A DNA stretch of 64,000 nt, taken from the NCBI GenBank assembly GCA_015231595.1, contig JADGBH010000001.1:1108-65107 (forward strand), given 5' to 3'. The stretch comes from Desulfobacterales bacterium. Its GTDB lineage: Bacteria; Desulfobacterota; Desulfobacteria; Desulfobacterales; JADGBH01. Shown here piece by piece: positions 47,668 to 57,804 of the stretch. The notes below the pieces were generated by a model. It saw nothing but the letters and a program-made list of their open reading frames with translations. It was not told where the DNA came from and ran no database searches. The translations under genes and the position numbers were made by a program. Positions within the stretch are counted from its first letter, which is position 1. Each line of letters opens with the position of its first letter.

Positions 47668-48687
47668 ATGACATTATATAATCCACCTATGGACAATGAA
47701 ACCCAACCTGAAAATGAAATAAATAACAAAGAGGTATTCCCAATCGAGGTTCTAATCTCGAAATATTTTAACGCCCATTCCAAATTTATAACGATCGAGA
47801 ACATGAACATTCATTATAGAGATGAAGGAAGTGGCCCAATCCTCGTTTTACTCCATGGAGTATGCTCATCGCTTCATACATGGGACGCATGGGTAAAACA
47901 CCTTAAACCATATTATCGCGTAATTCGCATTGACATACCTGGTTTTGGATTCTCTGGACCTTTCAAAAAAGAAATATACGATCCTGATAAAGGAGTTCAA
48001 CTCATTCATCAAATAATATCCGCACTAAACATTGAAAATTTTTATTTAGCTGGCAATTCAATCGGAGGTTTTTTTTCTTGGAGATACACTCTAAAATATC
48101 CAGAAAAAGTGGATAAATTAATATTGATTGACCCAGTTGGCTATAATCAAGCATTACCGTGGGTTGTTAAGTTCGCAAGCCATCCAGCTATCAGGCCTTT
48201 AGCAAAATTTATAATGCCTCGATTTTTCTTTCACATGGCGGCTAATCAAGTATATGGAGATAAATCAAAATTAACCAAAGATATCAAAGCGAGATATTTT
48301 GATTTAGCCATGTATAAGGACAACAAAAAAGCCTATGTAAATTTTTTTACAGTTATGAGAAATTTATGCGATTCACCCGATCTTCCTAAAGGAATAACCG
48401 AAATCAAGACTCCAACTATGGTCATGTGGGGAACAAAAGATGAATGGGTTCCACTCAAGTATTGCAAACAATGGAAAAATGACCTTCAAAATGGAACATT
48501 TGTTATATATGAAGGCGCTGGACATACGCCTAATGAAGAAATACCTGAAAAAACCGCTCAAGATGCCTGTCTTTTTCTCGAAGGAAAATTTTTATCAGAC
48601 AAAATAATTCCAGATTTTATCGAAAATAAAATAAGATCGAATTTCAAAATTCATACAAAGACACCATTAGCCGTTGCGACAGCATAA
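47668..48687 (+). CDS. Alpha/beta-fold hydrolase
   Basis: Likely start MTLYNPP at 47668 after GGAGG; the track start is 47626. HGVCSS (oxyanion region), GNSIGG nucleophile elbow, GAGHTP near the C-terminus. Confidence 0.8.
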   Translation: MTLYNPPMDNETQPENEINNKEVFPIEVLISKYFNAHSKFITIENMNIHYRDEGSGPILVLLHGVCSSLHTWDAWVKHLKPYYRVIRIDIPGFGFSGPFKKEIYDPDKGVQLIHQIISALNIENFYLAGNSIGGFFSWRYTLKYPEKVDKLILIDPVGYNQALPWVVKFASHPAIRPLAKFIMPRFFFHMAANQVYGDKSKLTKDIKARYFDLAMYKDNKKAYVNFFTVMRNLCDSPDLPKGITEIKTPTMVMWGTKDEWVPLKYCKQWKNDLQNGTFVIYEGAGHTPNEEIPEKTAQDACLFLEGKFLSDKIIPDFIENKIRSNFKIHTKTPLAVATA

Positions 48688-48750
48688 GTTATCACTTTAA
48701 AAAAATAAATACTTAACGAAAAATTACTTAAACCAAGGAGTTAAAATAAA

Positions 48751-49593
48751 ATGGCAGTAGCATATAATTTACCAATAAATAACGTAAACATCTTTACTGA
48801 TGAAAACAATAATTTTCAAAACGGTAGTGGAAAAGGGGTTCATATGAAAAGCTTTAAACCTTATACCGATTTTGTTTTAAATTACCTCGTTAAACAAGCT
48901 GAACTCATAAATGGAGAAGCAGTGCTTCCAACAGATGGCAGGCCAGTAATTGCAATTGTAGCCCACGGGCCTGGTTTTTCTTGGGTTCCACTTCCAGCCT
49001 TAATTGGAAAACTTTATATGGATAATGGATTTGGGAACATTATTGGTGGAATGTTTCCCCATAAAGCTATGTTTTTGATACCTGGATTAAAAAATTATTA
49101 TAAAAAAATATTAGGTGCTCCAACCAAGATAAAAACCGTAGAAGACATCGTTAACCTTCTAAAAAATAAAGAAATAGGACTTACAGGCACAGCTCCTGAA
49201 GGAGCTAATTGTCTTTTGTCTTTTGACGAATATGTCACTCCTTTTAGATCAAAAGGTATGATAGCAGCAGCTATTAAGGCTGATGCAAATATATGTCTTA
49301 TAGCTCATCAAGGAGCTGAAGCTTGGAATATTACTATCAATTTACCTTTTGGATGGACCGTTCCTTTTTCAAATGGTTTAAAAGGGTTTAATATTACATT
49401 ACCACCTTATAAAAAAATTCCTCAGTACATTGCTCTATGTGAACACTATACACCTTCAATAAGCTCTGAAGATCTTTCAGGTAAATCACAAAGAGAGTCT
49501 CGATTGCTTTTGCATGTGGAAATTGAAAGGATTAGAGCTCAAATGAACTTGATGACCGATAAAGTCAAAAAAATGATGAAAAAAAATAATTAA
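48751..49593 (+). CDS. Lysophospholipid/glycerolipid acyltransferase-family protein (divergent)
   Basis: 280 aa with an AAGGAG RBS. VAHGPGFSW and GTAPEGAN segments resemble the HxxxxD and PEG blocks of PlsC-like acyltransferases. Confidence 0.5.
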   Translation: MAVAYNLPINNVNIFTDENNNFQNGSGKGVHMKSFKPYTDFVLNYLVKQAELINGEAVLPTDGRPVIAIVAHGPGFSWVPLPALIGKLYMDNGFGNIIGGMFPHKAMFLIPGLKNYYKKILGAPTKIKTVEDIVNLLKNKEIGLTGTAPEGANCLLSFDEYVTPFRSKGMIAAAIKADANICLIAHQGAEAWNITINLPFGWTVPFSNGLKGFNITLPPYKKIPQYIALCEHYTPSISSEDLSGKSQRESRLLLHVEIERIRAQMNLMTDKVKKMMKKNN

Positions 49594-49616
49594 ATTAAAT
49601 TTATAGGAGATAAATT

Positions 49617-50582
49617 ATGAATATTAGAATGATGATGGAAACAATAAATGGCATAAATAACACGATACCATATCCAAACTTCGATGTGGATAAAATAGAT
49701 AAAATGTATTATAGGGGTGAAAAAAAATATACTAAAACAGTAACACCTGAAATTAGAGAAATAATAAAAAATCGGACAGAAACATGGTCTGTCTATGGAC
49801 AAAACCTTGATTTGATGAGAAAGCAGGAAAAATTTTGGGATTTTTTATTAGATTATTATTTTCGATGCGAAATGACTGGTTGGGATAACATCCCTGATAG
49901 CCCCAGTTTGTTTATAGGAATTCATTCTGGAACATGGTTAACAATGGATGCATGGACTTTCTGTTCAGCATGGTGGCGCAGATATCACGGATCTCGCGTT
50001 CTTCATGGAACTGCCCATGACGTATTAATGGCTTTGCCTGTTATCGGAAATTATTTTCGGAATGTCGGAGTAATACCTGCGAAACGTGATGCAGTCGGAG
50101 CGGCATTTAAAGCTGGTCACGATGTAATAATTTGGCCTGGAGGAGAGGTAGATGCTATGCGTGCTTGGTCAAAACGTGATGAAGTTGTGCTTGGAGGACG
50201 GACTGGCTTTGTCCGACAAGCTATTCGTTCTGGCGTTCCAATTGTGCCAGTTGCAACCATTGGTGGAACGGATACGGTATTTGTTCTTTCTGAATGCAGG
50301 AATCTTGCAAAGAAGCTTGGTTTAAAAAAATTATTAAGAAGTGAAATTTGTCCTCTCGTGCTTGGATTTCCTTTTGGAATAACTTTGGAGGCTTTTCCTA
50401 TGCATATTCCTCTTCCTGCCAAAATTCGTACGGAAATACTTGAACCAATCGAAATTGATTCAAATCCTGATAGAGAACACGATGAGGAATATATTGACAA
50501 GATATATAAAAAAGTTGAAAGTAGCATCCAAGAAGGTGTTAATCGTTTAGCAGCCCTTAGAAAATTTCCGGTTATGGGATAA
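49617..50582 (+). CDS. Acyltransferase-family protein (PlsC/MGAT-like, divergent)
   Basis: 321 aa. IGIHSGTWLTMD and IWPGGEVDAMR blocks. Confidence 0.5.
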   Translation: MNIRMMMETINGINNTIPYPNFDVDKIDKMYYRGEKKYTKTVTPEIREIIKNRTETWSVYGQNLDLMRKQEKFWDFLLDYYFRCEMTGWDNIPDSPSLFIGIHSGTWLTMDAWTFCSAWWRRYHGSRVLHGTAHDVLMALPVIGNYFRNVGVIPAKRDAVGAAFKAGHDVIIWPGGEVDAMRAWSKRDEVVLGGRTGFVRQAIRSGVPIVPVATIGGTDTVFVLSECRNLAKKLGLKKLLRSEICPLVLGFPFGITLEAFPMHIPLPAKIRTEILEPIEIDSNPDREHDEEYIDKIYKKVESSIQEGVNRLAALRKFPVMG

Positions 50583-50643
50583 TAATATAGTAAATAATTG
50601 CTTAATGCTTAATAAAACACATTGAAAAACAAGGAGAATAATA

Positions 50644-51300
50644 ATGGCCTCCCGTGATGAACTTAAAGAACAGAAAGAAAAAACAAGTAAAATTCTAATT
50701 CAAGCAGCTCTTGAATTGATTTCAGCAGATGGATACGCAAGTTTAACGCTTAGGTCTGTAGCAAGAAAAGCCGGAATTGCTCCGACATCGTTTTATCGTC
50801 ATTTTAGAGATATTGATGAATTAGGCTTATCCATAGCGGAACAGGCAAAAATGTTTCTGATAGAGTGCATGGAACAGATTCAAAAAAAAATGAAATCCCC
50901 AGTTATCAACAAAAATGACTCAGTATCCCAAAAGATGAAGTCGATTGAACAGTTAGCTCGTCCTTTTGTTGAAATATTCTTAGACTTTTTTGAAACACAT
51001 AGTCATTTATTTCGCTTATTTTTTCAGGAGCAGTCAGGAAGCTCAAGCATATTACAAACGGCAATTTCAAAAGAACTAAAAAATTTAACTAATAGCTTGG
51101 CTGAAGATATTGGAAAGATTGCTCGTAAAGCAAATATAAATTTATCAGAGCCTCAAATGATTGCTGAAGTTATGATGACTATGGTATCAGTTAATGGTAT
51201 GAAAATGCTAATAAACCCAGAACTAAAACAAACAGAAATTGCAGAACAGTTAATTCGAACAATTCAAATTTTTGTTCTTGGCTGCTTAACGACTGACTAA
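50644..51300 (+). CDS. TetR-family transcriptional regulator
   Basis: 218 aa. N-terminal HTH LTLRSVARKAGIAPTSFYRHF. Confidence 0.85.
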   Translation: MASRDELKEQKEKTSKILIQAALELISADGYASLTLRSVARKAGIAPTSFYRHFRDIDELGLSIAEQAKMFLIECMEQIQKKMKSPVINKNDSVSQKMKSIEQLARPFVEIFLDFFETHSHLFRLFFQEQSGSSSILQTAISKELKNLTNSLAEDIGKIARKANINLSEPQMIAEVMMTMVSVNGMKMLINPELKQTEIAEQLIRTIQIFVLGCLTTD

Positions 51301-51317
51301 TATAAGGAGAATATAAC

Positions 51318-52340
51318 ATGAATAATCTTGCCACAACATTGCTTGAAGCTCATATTGAACATGAACTAAGCAGATTCAAAAACGGAGCCTTTAAACAAAC
51401 TGTTGAAGAAGAAGTTAAGTCTGCATTTTTATGGATTAAGGATTTGAAGCTCAAAGATTTTGTAACGCCTGAAATGATATTAGGCCATATAGATAGAATT
51501 GTAGTTAAAATGCCTATTCCAGGAGGAGTTCCAGAATTAGCTGGAGAAACAAGTCGTAAAGTTCTAACATCTTCTCAAAATAATGAAACCACCTTGGAAG
51601 ATATTATTTTGCCTAAAATGGTTGATGATATTGTGGATAAAGCAGTTAGCCTCGAAAATGCAAGAAATGAACTGATACATCATGTTCTTTCAAGCTCGGC
51701 TTATTCCTATCTAATTTCAGAAGTAATGTATGATGGAATCAAACAATATATATTTGAAGAAAATATTTTTGCTCAAAAACTTCCAGGAATTTCATCAATG
51801 ATAAAGATGGGAAGAGCTGCAGTCAGTAAAGCTGCACCAAAACTTGAGGCAAAAATTGAAAATCAAATCAAAAAATTTATTGAAAGCAATATTCAAAATA
51901 CAGTTGAGCAAAGTGAAAAGTTTCTCACAAAATTCCTTGATGAAGACAGAATTTATGAAATGGGAGATGAGATTTGGGGCTCGATAAAAAATAAATCATT
52001 AGCTTATTATTTCAACAGTATTGATGTTAATGATATGGAAGATTTTATTATTATCGGGTATGAATATTGGCTTAATTTTAGAAAAACAAAGTATTTTAGA
52101 GAAATTTACAAGGAAATAGTTTACTTCTTTTTTGAAAAATATGCGGATAAAGAAATTGATGTAATTATAGAAGACATGGCTATTTCAAAGGAGATGATCA
52201 TTCATGAAGTTAATGAACTTATATTGCCTGGAATTGAAACAGCCCTTGAAACCGGATATCTTGAGCAACGTATTAGGGCAAGGCTTTCATCTTTTTATCT
52301 TTCTGAAACAGTAGCGTCCTTAACCAATACCAAAATGTAG
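51318..52340 (+). CDS. Hypothetical cytoplasmic protein
   Basis: 340-aa ORF with an AAGGAG RBS, 18 nt after the TetR gene. No motif recognised. Confidence 0.5.
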   Translation: MNNLATTLLEAHIEHELSRFKNGAFKQTVEEEVKSAFLWIKDLKLKDFVTPEMILGHIDRIVVKMPIPGGVPELAGETSRKVLTSSQNNETTLEDIILPKMVDDIVDKAVSLENARNELIHHVLSSSAYSYLISEVMYDGIKQYIFEENIFAQKLPGISSMIKMGRAAVSKAAPKLEAKIENQIKKFIESNIQNTVEQSEKFLTKFLDEDRIYEMGDEIWGSIKNKSLAYYFNSIDVNDMEDFIIIGYEYWLNFRKTKYFREIYKEIVYFFFEKYADKEIDVIIEDMAISKEMIIHEVNELILPGIETALETGYLEQRIRARLSSFYLSETVASLTNTKM

Positions 52341-52487
52341 GATAGGCTCGGTCATTTTAAGAAACCCAATTTTAAAAAAGGAAAATAAAGACTGATTATA
52401 ACGCTTTTTGGGGAGGATTACGAAAGCCTCCCAAGGACTCTGAAATTTGAAGATTCTGCAACCAATTATCATGATATCGAAATTGGT

Positions 52488-52724
52488 TTAGACGTTCAGC
52501 CGGACTTTGAAGTCCACCGTATATTTTTTAATAGTTTCAGGATTTGAAGGTGCAAAATTCAGTATAAGTGCCCACCCTCTGGTACTCAGTTCCGCTGAAT
52601 TCATAAATCCTTTAAAATATTGGATACTGAAAAGATGCCGATCCATCCGTTGCATAAGTCTGTCAAGCATGTTACTCGTTCGACGAGATTCAGGATAATT
52701 ATAGGCATCTTTAGCATAAACAAT
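52488..52724 (-). pseudogene. C-terminal remnant of a DDE transposase (ISKra4-like, from memory)
   Basis: The open frame reads IVYAKDAYNYPESRRTSNMLDRLMQRMDRHLFSIQYFKGFMNSAELSTRGWALILNFAPSNPETIKKY... The RTSNM.DRLM...QYF.G...AE...WAL..NF.P motif resembles transposase C-termini. No N-terminal part is present; the frame is cut 8 nt from the atpG stop. Confidence 0.45.
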
Positions 52725-52731
52725 TTACACA

Positions 52732-53622
52732 TTATTTCTCCTCTTCACTTAGAGCTTCGAAACCGGAGATGACATCGAACAGTTCCTCGTCAATGACACT
52801 CTGGCGTAAACGATGGAATGTCCTGTTAAGGGTCTCCAGCAATTCGTTGATATTTTTGTCGGCGCGTTGCATCGCCGCCAGTCGGCTTGCATTCTCGCTC
52901 GCAAGGGATTCAGCGCAGGCCCGAAAGAGCGATACGAAAAGATATTCGCGGATGAGCACCCGCAAGGTCGCGGTACCGTCACCCATAACCTCGGGCAAAC
53001 TTCCCTCAGGCCATGGAAGTCCTGCCAACCTGTGTCGCCAGTTTTCGTCCAGCGGCAGCAGCCTCTGACCGAAGGGCGCATAAACAGATCCGGACATGGG
53101 GCGATTGTAAAAGATGTGAAGTTCGGTAATCTTGCCCTGACTTTGGCGCGTTTCGTTCTCCACGAGAATTTGCCCGACAAGCGGGGTGATGGCCTTGACG
53201 GAGTTGGGCACAGCAAAGAGCCCTATCACCGGAAGCCCAGCGTCCGTTAGGCGTGCTTGAACGCGCTCACCGACGGCCCATACCTCAGGTTTGACCGGCA
53301 AAGCAGCCAGTATCTTGATCACATAATCAACCACCACATCATTAAACTGCCCCACCAACCCCTGGTCTGAACCGAACACGACCGCACCAATCGCACCTGT
53401 AACTGTTTTTTTTCGTTCTGCAATCAAGGACGCCGACCCGCTTTTTCGAAAGCATGCGCTGAGCCCCAACTCCACAGAGCGATAGTAGTCGGCCAGCGCA
53501 GCCACTGATTTCTCGTATTGTCCGATGCTCGAAGCGGCCACGGCCTTCATCGTGCGGACAACGGATTGGAGATCCCCAGCGCTGTCGATCTTTCGTCGCA
53601 GGCTCGCTATGGTATCGCTCAT
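52732..53622 (-). CDS. atpG: N-ATPase gamma subunit
   Basis: About 296 aa of gamma-like sequence, with a C-terminal RQSVIDEELFDVISG helix. ATG at 53622 overlaps the upstream stop (TGATG); the track starts at GTG 53625. GC-rich. Confidence 0.85.
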   Translation of the reverse strand: MSDTIASLRRKIDSAGDLQSVVRTMKAVAASSIGQYEKSVAALADYYRSVELGLSACFRKSGSASLIAERKKTVTGAIGAVVFGSDQGLVGQFNDVVVDYVIKILAALPVKPEVWAVGERVQARLTDAGLPVIGLFAVPNSVKAITPLVGQILVENETRQSQGKITELHIFYNRPMSGSVYAPFGQRLLPLDENWRHRLAGLPWPEGSLPEVMGDGTATLRVLIREYLFVSLFRACAESLASENASRLAAMQRADKNINELLETLNRTFHRLRQSVIDEELFDVISGFEALSEEEK

Positions 53623-54971
53623 CACGCCTCCGGGAGTTTCTGTTCGGGTGAAAAGAACGATTCGAGTGCTTCGCGCACACGCCTCAGTCGGCTTTCAAAT
53701 CTTGTCCAGTCGTATGGAGACTCTATGGAGCGTTCTGCCAATTCGGCGATACATTCCACTCTTTCATGTATTGCCCGTCGCCGGTTTGAGTCGGATGTCA
53801 GGCTGGCGATGGTTTGAAATGCGCAAAGTATCCGCGACATTATAGCGATGTTGCCAACTGCATTCTGCCGGATTTGGTCGAAGGCTTCTGATAGCAGGCT
53901 CTCGAAGCTTGGGCCTTGGGCAAGCACTCGAAGATCCCCCTGATCAAAACGGTGGTAGGTCGCAATCCGGCGAGCCGCAAGCCGAACCAAGATAGCCGCC
54001 AGGTAATCTACACAAATTACTGCGGTTGTGGTATCGTTAATGCTTGGAGAAAGTGCTTTCATGGCGATATCCACAATCTGCCGGATCCCGAACGCGACAT
54101 CTGTTTCCACCGTGCGCTGACGGCTGATGACATAGGCTGAGTTCAGCTCGACAGCCGTATCGTCGTCCAGACCGTCCGGGTTGATCACTGAAACCAGTGG
54201 CGTGCCCTCGATGACAAACTCCCCGATGCAGCATTCCATCCGCAGAATGGTCCCGTGTTTTCTGGCCACACCCACGAGCACGTTTATGTCAATATTTTCG
54301 ATGTAACCGGTTTTCAGGGTCGTAACGGCGGACCAAGGTTGATTTGCAAGAGATGCCCGGAGATTGTCGTGCCCGTCTTCGTCTTCGTTTTCATCCATCT
54401 CTTTGGGAAATAAATGATCCACAGCCGCGATGGTCTCCTGAGCGGCCTTGGCTATAATGCTCGACGCCTGGATGGACATCGAGAGGTAGTGAATGAAGTA
54501 GATCAGAAAAGCGATCCCAACGAAAGCAAGGATCAGACCGGCCAACACCGCAAGCGCCGGAACGAACGCCCCTTCGTCACCACCACGAATCGTCCGCAGC
54601 ACCACCAGGCAGTAGGCGAAGATGCTGACAAACACGCCGAGCACCATCTGATTGACACGGTCTCGCATAAAATTGCGAATGACCCGTGACGTGTACTGAC
54701 TGGACGTCAGCGAGAGGGCAACGAGGGTGATTGAGAACACCACCCCGGCCACCGTGATCATCGAGCCTGCGACTGCCGTGAGCAGACCGCGGGCACCTGC
54801 CGCACCAGCTCCGAATACCAGCGGCCAGCGCGCGACAGGATTTAGATCGACTGTCGCATCCACAGTGATCAGGACGGTGGCGAGCACCACTACGTCCAGA
54901 ACCATCAAGGCAGGTACGAACCAGAAGCTCGACCGTTTTTCCTGCCACCAATGGTGTAGTTTCGTTAACAT
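53622..54971 (-). CDS. DUF2254-family integral membrane protein embedded in the N-ATPase operon
   Basis: 449 aa. FWFVPALMVL..., GARGLLTAVAGSMITVAGVVFSITLVALSLTSSQYTSRVIRNFMRDRVNQMVLG match the DUF2254 signature as I remember it. Same GC-rich composition as the atp genes. Confidence 0.75.
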   Translation of the reverse strand: MLTKLHHWWQEKRSSFWFVPALMVLDVVVLATVLITVDATVDLNPVARWPLVFGAGAAGARGLLTAVAGSMITVAGVVFSITLVALSLTSSQYTSRVIRNFMRDRVNQMVLGVFVSIFAYCLVVLRTIRGGDEGAFVPALAVLAGLILAFVGIAFLIYFIHYLSMSIQASSIIAKAAQETIAAVDHLFPKEMDENEDEDGHDNLRASLANQPWSAVTTLKTGYIENIDINVLVGVARKHGTILRMECCIGEFVIEGTPLVSVINPDGLDDDTAVELNSAYVISRQRTVETDVAFGIRQIVDIAMKALSPSINDTTTAVICVDYLAAILVRLAARRIATYHRFDQGDLRVLAQGPSFESLLSEAFDQIRQNAVGNIAIMSRILCAFQTIASLTSDSNRRRAIHERVECIAELAERSIESPYDWTRFESRLRRVREALESFFSPEQKLPEA

Positions 54972-55074
54972 TTCCAGTTATACCTCCATTATGATGTTGG
55001 ATCTTTCGTCTGTTTATCAGTGGTAAAAGTCCCGGAATCAGCCGGCAACAAATTCTCCTCGTTTTTGGGCATTA

Positions 55075-56643
55075 TCAAGTAACTTCGGTCTTTTGTCCCG
55101 GCTTTGACTTGGAGTCCTGTTCGGGCAAGAACCCTTTGATCGCTTGACGGGCGATTTGAATTATCGTTTCACGATCCGCATCACTCAACTTGTCAGCGGT
55201 ATCCAATCTCTCACGCACGTCCGGTGGAATATTCACAGCCGCCTCTCGCAGGGCTTGCTCGGCGTCCATCATCAGGTCAATCGGCACGTGGTCGAAGAGT
55301 TCCTTGGTCAATGCCAGCAGCACGGCGATTTGCGCTGGAACGGACACCGGGGAAAATTCCGGCTGTTTGAGGCAGGAGCGAATTCGACGTCCGTGCTCGA
55401 TGATTTTGCGGGTATTTTCATCCAGTCGTGCGCCGAACCGTGAAAAGGTTTCGAGTTCCTCGAACTGCGCATAGGCGAGTTTAAGATCTCCGGCCACCGA
55501 GCGGTAAGCTGCCCGCTGAGCCTTGCCACCCACACGCGAAACGGATTTGCCGACATCGACTGCGGGCAAAACACCCAATTCGAACAGCGACGGCGAGAGG
55601 TAAATCTGTCCATCAGTTATGGAAATCAGATTGGTCGGAATATAGGCGGAAATGTCCTGTGCTTCGGTTTCGATGATGGGCAAGGCTGTGAGGGTGCCGC
55701 TGCCGAGTTCCTTGCACAAGTGCGTCGAGCGTTCCAACAGCCGCGAATGGATATAAAAGATGTCACCTGGAAATGCTTCGCGACCGGGTGGACGGCGCAG
55801 CAACAGAGAAAGTTCGCGGTAGGCGCGCGCGTGATGGGTCAGGTCGTCATAAACGATCAGCACATCCCTGCCCGCTTCCATGAAAGACTCCGCGATGCTG
55901 GTTGCTGCATAAGGAGCGACGTAAGTCAGACCAGGCGGGTCGTTGCCCTCGGTTACGACAAGGACGGTATAATCCATCGCTCCCTTTTCCCGCAAGGTTG
56001 CTACGGCCTTCGCAACGGCGGACGCACGCTGACCGATGGCACAATAGACACACAGGACATTCTCGCTACGCTGATTCAAGATGGTGTCGATCGCAATGGC
56101 AGTCTTGCCCGTCTGGCGGTCGCCGAGAATCAACTCGCGTTGACCGCGCCCAACTGGAATGAGTGCATCAATGACTTTAAGGCCGGTCTGGAGAGGCGCC
56201 GTAACAGGCGCACGGTCCATGATGGGCGCGGCAGGACGTTCGACGGGAAGGCGCCTGCTTGAGGCCACCGATCCTCTACCATCGAGCGGCCGGCCAAGCG
56301 GGTCGATGACCCGACCCAGCAATCCATCACCCACTGCCACATCCATGACCCGTCCAGTGCGATGCACTTCATCTCCTGCGTGGAGATGCCAGTATTCGCC
56401 GAGCAGAACAACGCCGATTTCGTCCTCGTCCACATTGAACGCAATGCCGGGCACATCGCCTGGAAACGTCACCAATTCATCAAAACCTACGCCGGGAAGA
56501 CCCGAAACTTTGGCAATACCGGTACCGACACTGGTGATCGTGCCCACCTCCCGTAGACTTAATTGCGACGTAAAAGCTTCCCGCACCTGGCTTATCCCGG
56601 CAAACATGTTGTCGAAAACGTTTTGAAGGCTCTCAGGTTCCAT
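55075..56643 (-). CDS. atpA: N-ATPase alpha subunit
   Basis: Walker A GDRQTGKT and typical alpha sequence. ATG at 56643 is 9 nt after AAGGAG; the track uses GTG at 56649. Confidence 0.9.
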   Translation of the reverse strand: MEPESLQNVFDNMFAGISQVREAFTSQLSLREVGTITSVGTGIAKVSGLPGVGFDELVTFPGDVPGIAFNVDEDEIGVVLLGEYWHLHAGDEVHRTGRVMDVAVGDGLLGRVIDPLGRPLDGRGSVASSRRLPVERPAAPIMDRAPVTAPLQTGLKVIDALIPVGRGQRELILGDRQTGKTAIAIDTILNQRSENVLCVYCAIGQRASAVAKAVATLREKGAMDYTVLVVTEGNDPPGLTYVAPYAATSIAESFMEAGRDVLIVYDDLTHHARAYRELSLLLRRPPGREAFPGDIFYIHSRLLERSTHLCKELGSGTLTALPIIETEAQDISAYIPTNLISITDGQIYLSPSLFELGVLPAVDVGKSVSRVGGKAQRAAYRSVAGDLKLAYAQFEELETFSRFGARLDENTRKIIEHGRRIRSCLKQPEFSPVSVPAQIAVLLALTKELFDHVPIDLMMDAEQALREAAVNIPPDVRERLDTADKLSDADRETIIQIARQAIKGFLPEQDSKSKPGQKTEVT

Positions 56644-56645
56644 GT

Positions 56646-57485
56646 TCACTGACTCCTTGTTTCGTGTTTGATTTTTTTATGTTCAGCTTTGGTTTTTGAA
56701 TCTGGTTCGGTTTTAGCCTCCGGCTTGTCCTTCTCTTTCAGAAGTTCGTCGATGCCTTTTTCTATCGACGCCAGATAATCCGCAATGCTCCACACCACCT
56801 TTCGTCCATTTGTAGACAGTTCAATGCCGCTGATCAGATCTGGAGCAGTCTCGAACCGGATGTTGACTTCAGCAGAGAAGGTTTCGTTGATCGCATTTTG
56901 TATTGCCGCACATTGTGCCGCAGACAGTTCAAATGCGCTTCGAACGAGCGCGGGTTCAGACGATGTTTTAAGTGCCACGACGAGGCTTTCTTTTGCCTGG
57001 CCGTCCATCTCTCTCAATCTACGGGTGAATACCTCACCCATTCGTTCTTCCAAACTTGTCGAGGCAAGATCCTTCAGTGCCTTTCGCGCGATGGCAAACA
57101 CTTCCTTCACAGTCCGACGGCTGATGGCCTGATTCAAGTTACTGACGTCGTTTCTCAGCGTTTCCAGTCGCTTGGCACTCAAGTCATCGGCCGCTTTCCG
57201 TGCTTCGTCGAAAAGACGTTTACGTTCGGCCAGGGCATCTTCTGTAGCTTTGCTAAAGAGCGCGGCACGCTGATCATCAAACTTCTTATTTTTGTGATTG
57301 AACTCGTCACTCTCTTTTTGGGCTTCGGCCTTTTTCTTGTCGGCGCTAGATAGTTCCGTGGCAATCCGTTTCTCCCGCTCATCGATGGCGTTAAGAATCG
57401 GTTTGTATAGAAAACGCTTCATCAACCACACCAGGCTGAGAAAGTTGAGCACCTGCGCAACGATGGTGAACCAATCGATTAACAT
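56646..57485 (-). CDS. atpF: N-ATPase long b subunit (b with delta-like C-terminal region)
   Basis: One N-terminal TM helix ([21 protein letters not shown]), a long coiled coil, an extra C-terminal domain and a K/E/P-rich tail. No separate atpH. The preferred start is 57485; 57518 is the alternative. Confidence 0.8.
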   Translation of the reverse strand: MLIDWFTIVAQVLNFLSLVWLMKRFLYKPILNAIDEREKRIATELSSADKKKAEAQKESDEFNHKNKKFDDQRAALFSKATEDALAERKRLFDEARKAADDLSAKRLETLRNDVSNLNQAISRRTVKEVFAIARKALKDLASTSLEERMGEVFTRRLREMDGQAKESLVVALKTSSEPALVRSAFELSAAQCAAIQNAINETFSAEVNIRFETAPDLISGIELSTNGRKVVWSIADYLASIEKGIDELLKEKDKPEAKTEPDSKTKAEHKKIKHETRSQ

Positions 57486-57489
57486 AGGC

Positions 57490-57771
57490 TTATTTTCCTG
57501 TTGTTTGGGCAATGACATGGTTCCAGAATGGGTTGGCGAAAACGAGAATCATCGAGACCACAAAACAATAGATGGCCGTTGACTCGATCATCGCCAGGCC
57601 TACGAACAATGTCCGGGTGATGGTGGCGGATGCATCGGGCTGCTGGGCCAGCGAACTCAATGCCGTTGCGACAGCTTTACCTTCTGCCAGGGCAGGCCCC
57701 AAACAGCCGAAACTGATTGTGATTCCGGTGATGACAATGGATGCTACTGCGATAATTGTCATGTTATCCAT
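57490..57771 (-). CDS. atpE: N-ATPase c subunit with Na+-type (two-carboxylate) ion-binding motif
   Basis: Start MDNMTII at 57771, 6 nt after AAGGAG. Hairpin with loop QQPD. Helix 1 ALAEG and helix 2 MIESTAIY. Confidence 0.9.
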   Translation of the reverse strand: MDNMTIIAVASIVITGITISFGCLGPALAEGKAVATALSSLAQQPDASATITRTLFVGLAMIESTAIYCFVVSMILVFANPFWNHVIAQTTGK

Positions 57772-57804
57772 AATTTCTCCTTTGTTAAAATTTAGGTTCA
57801 TACT

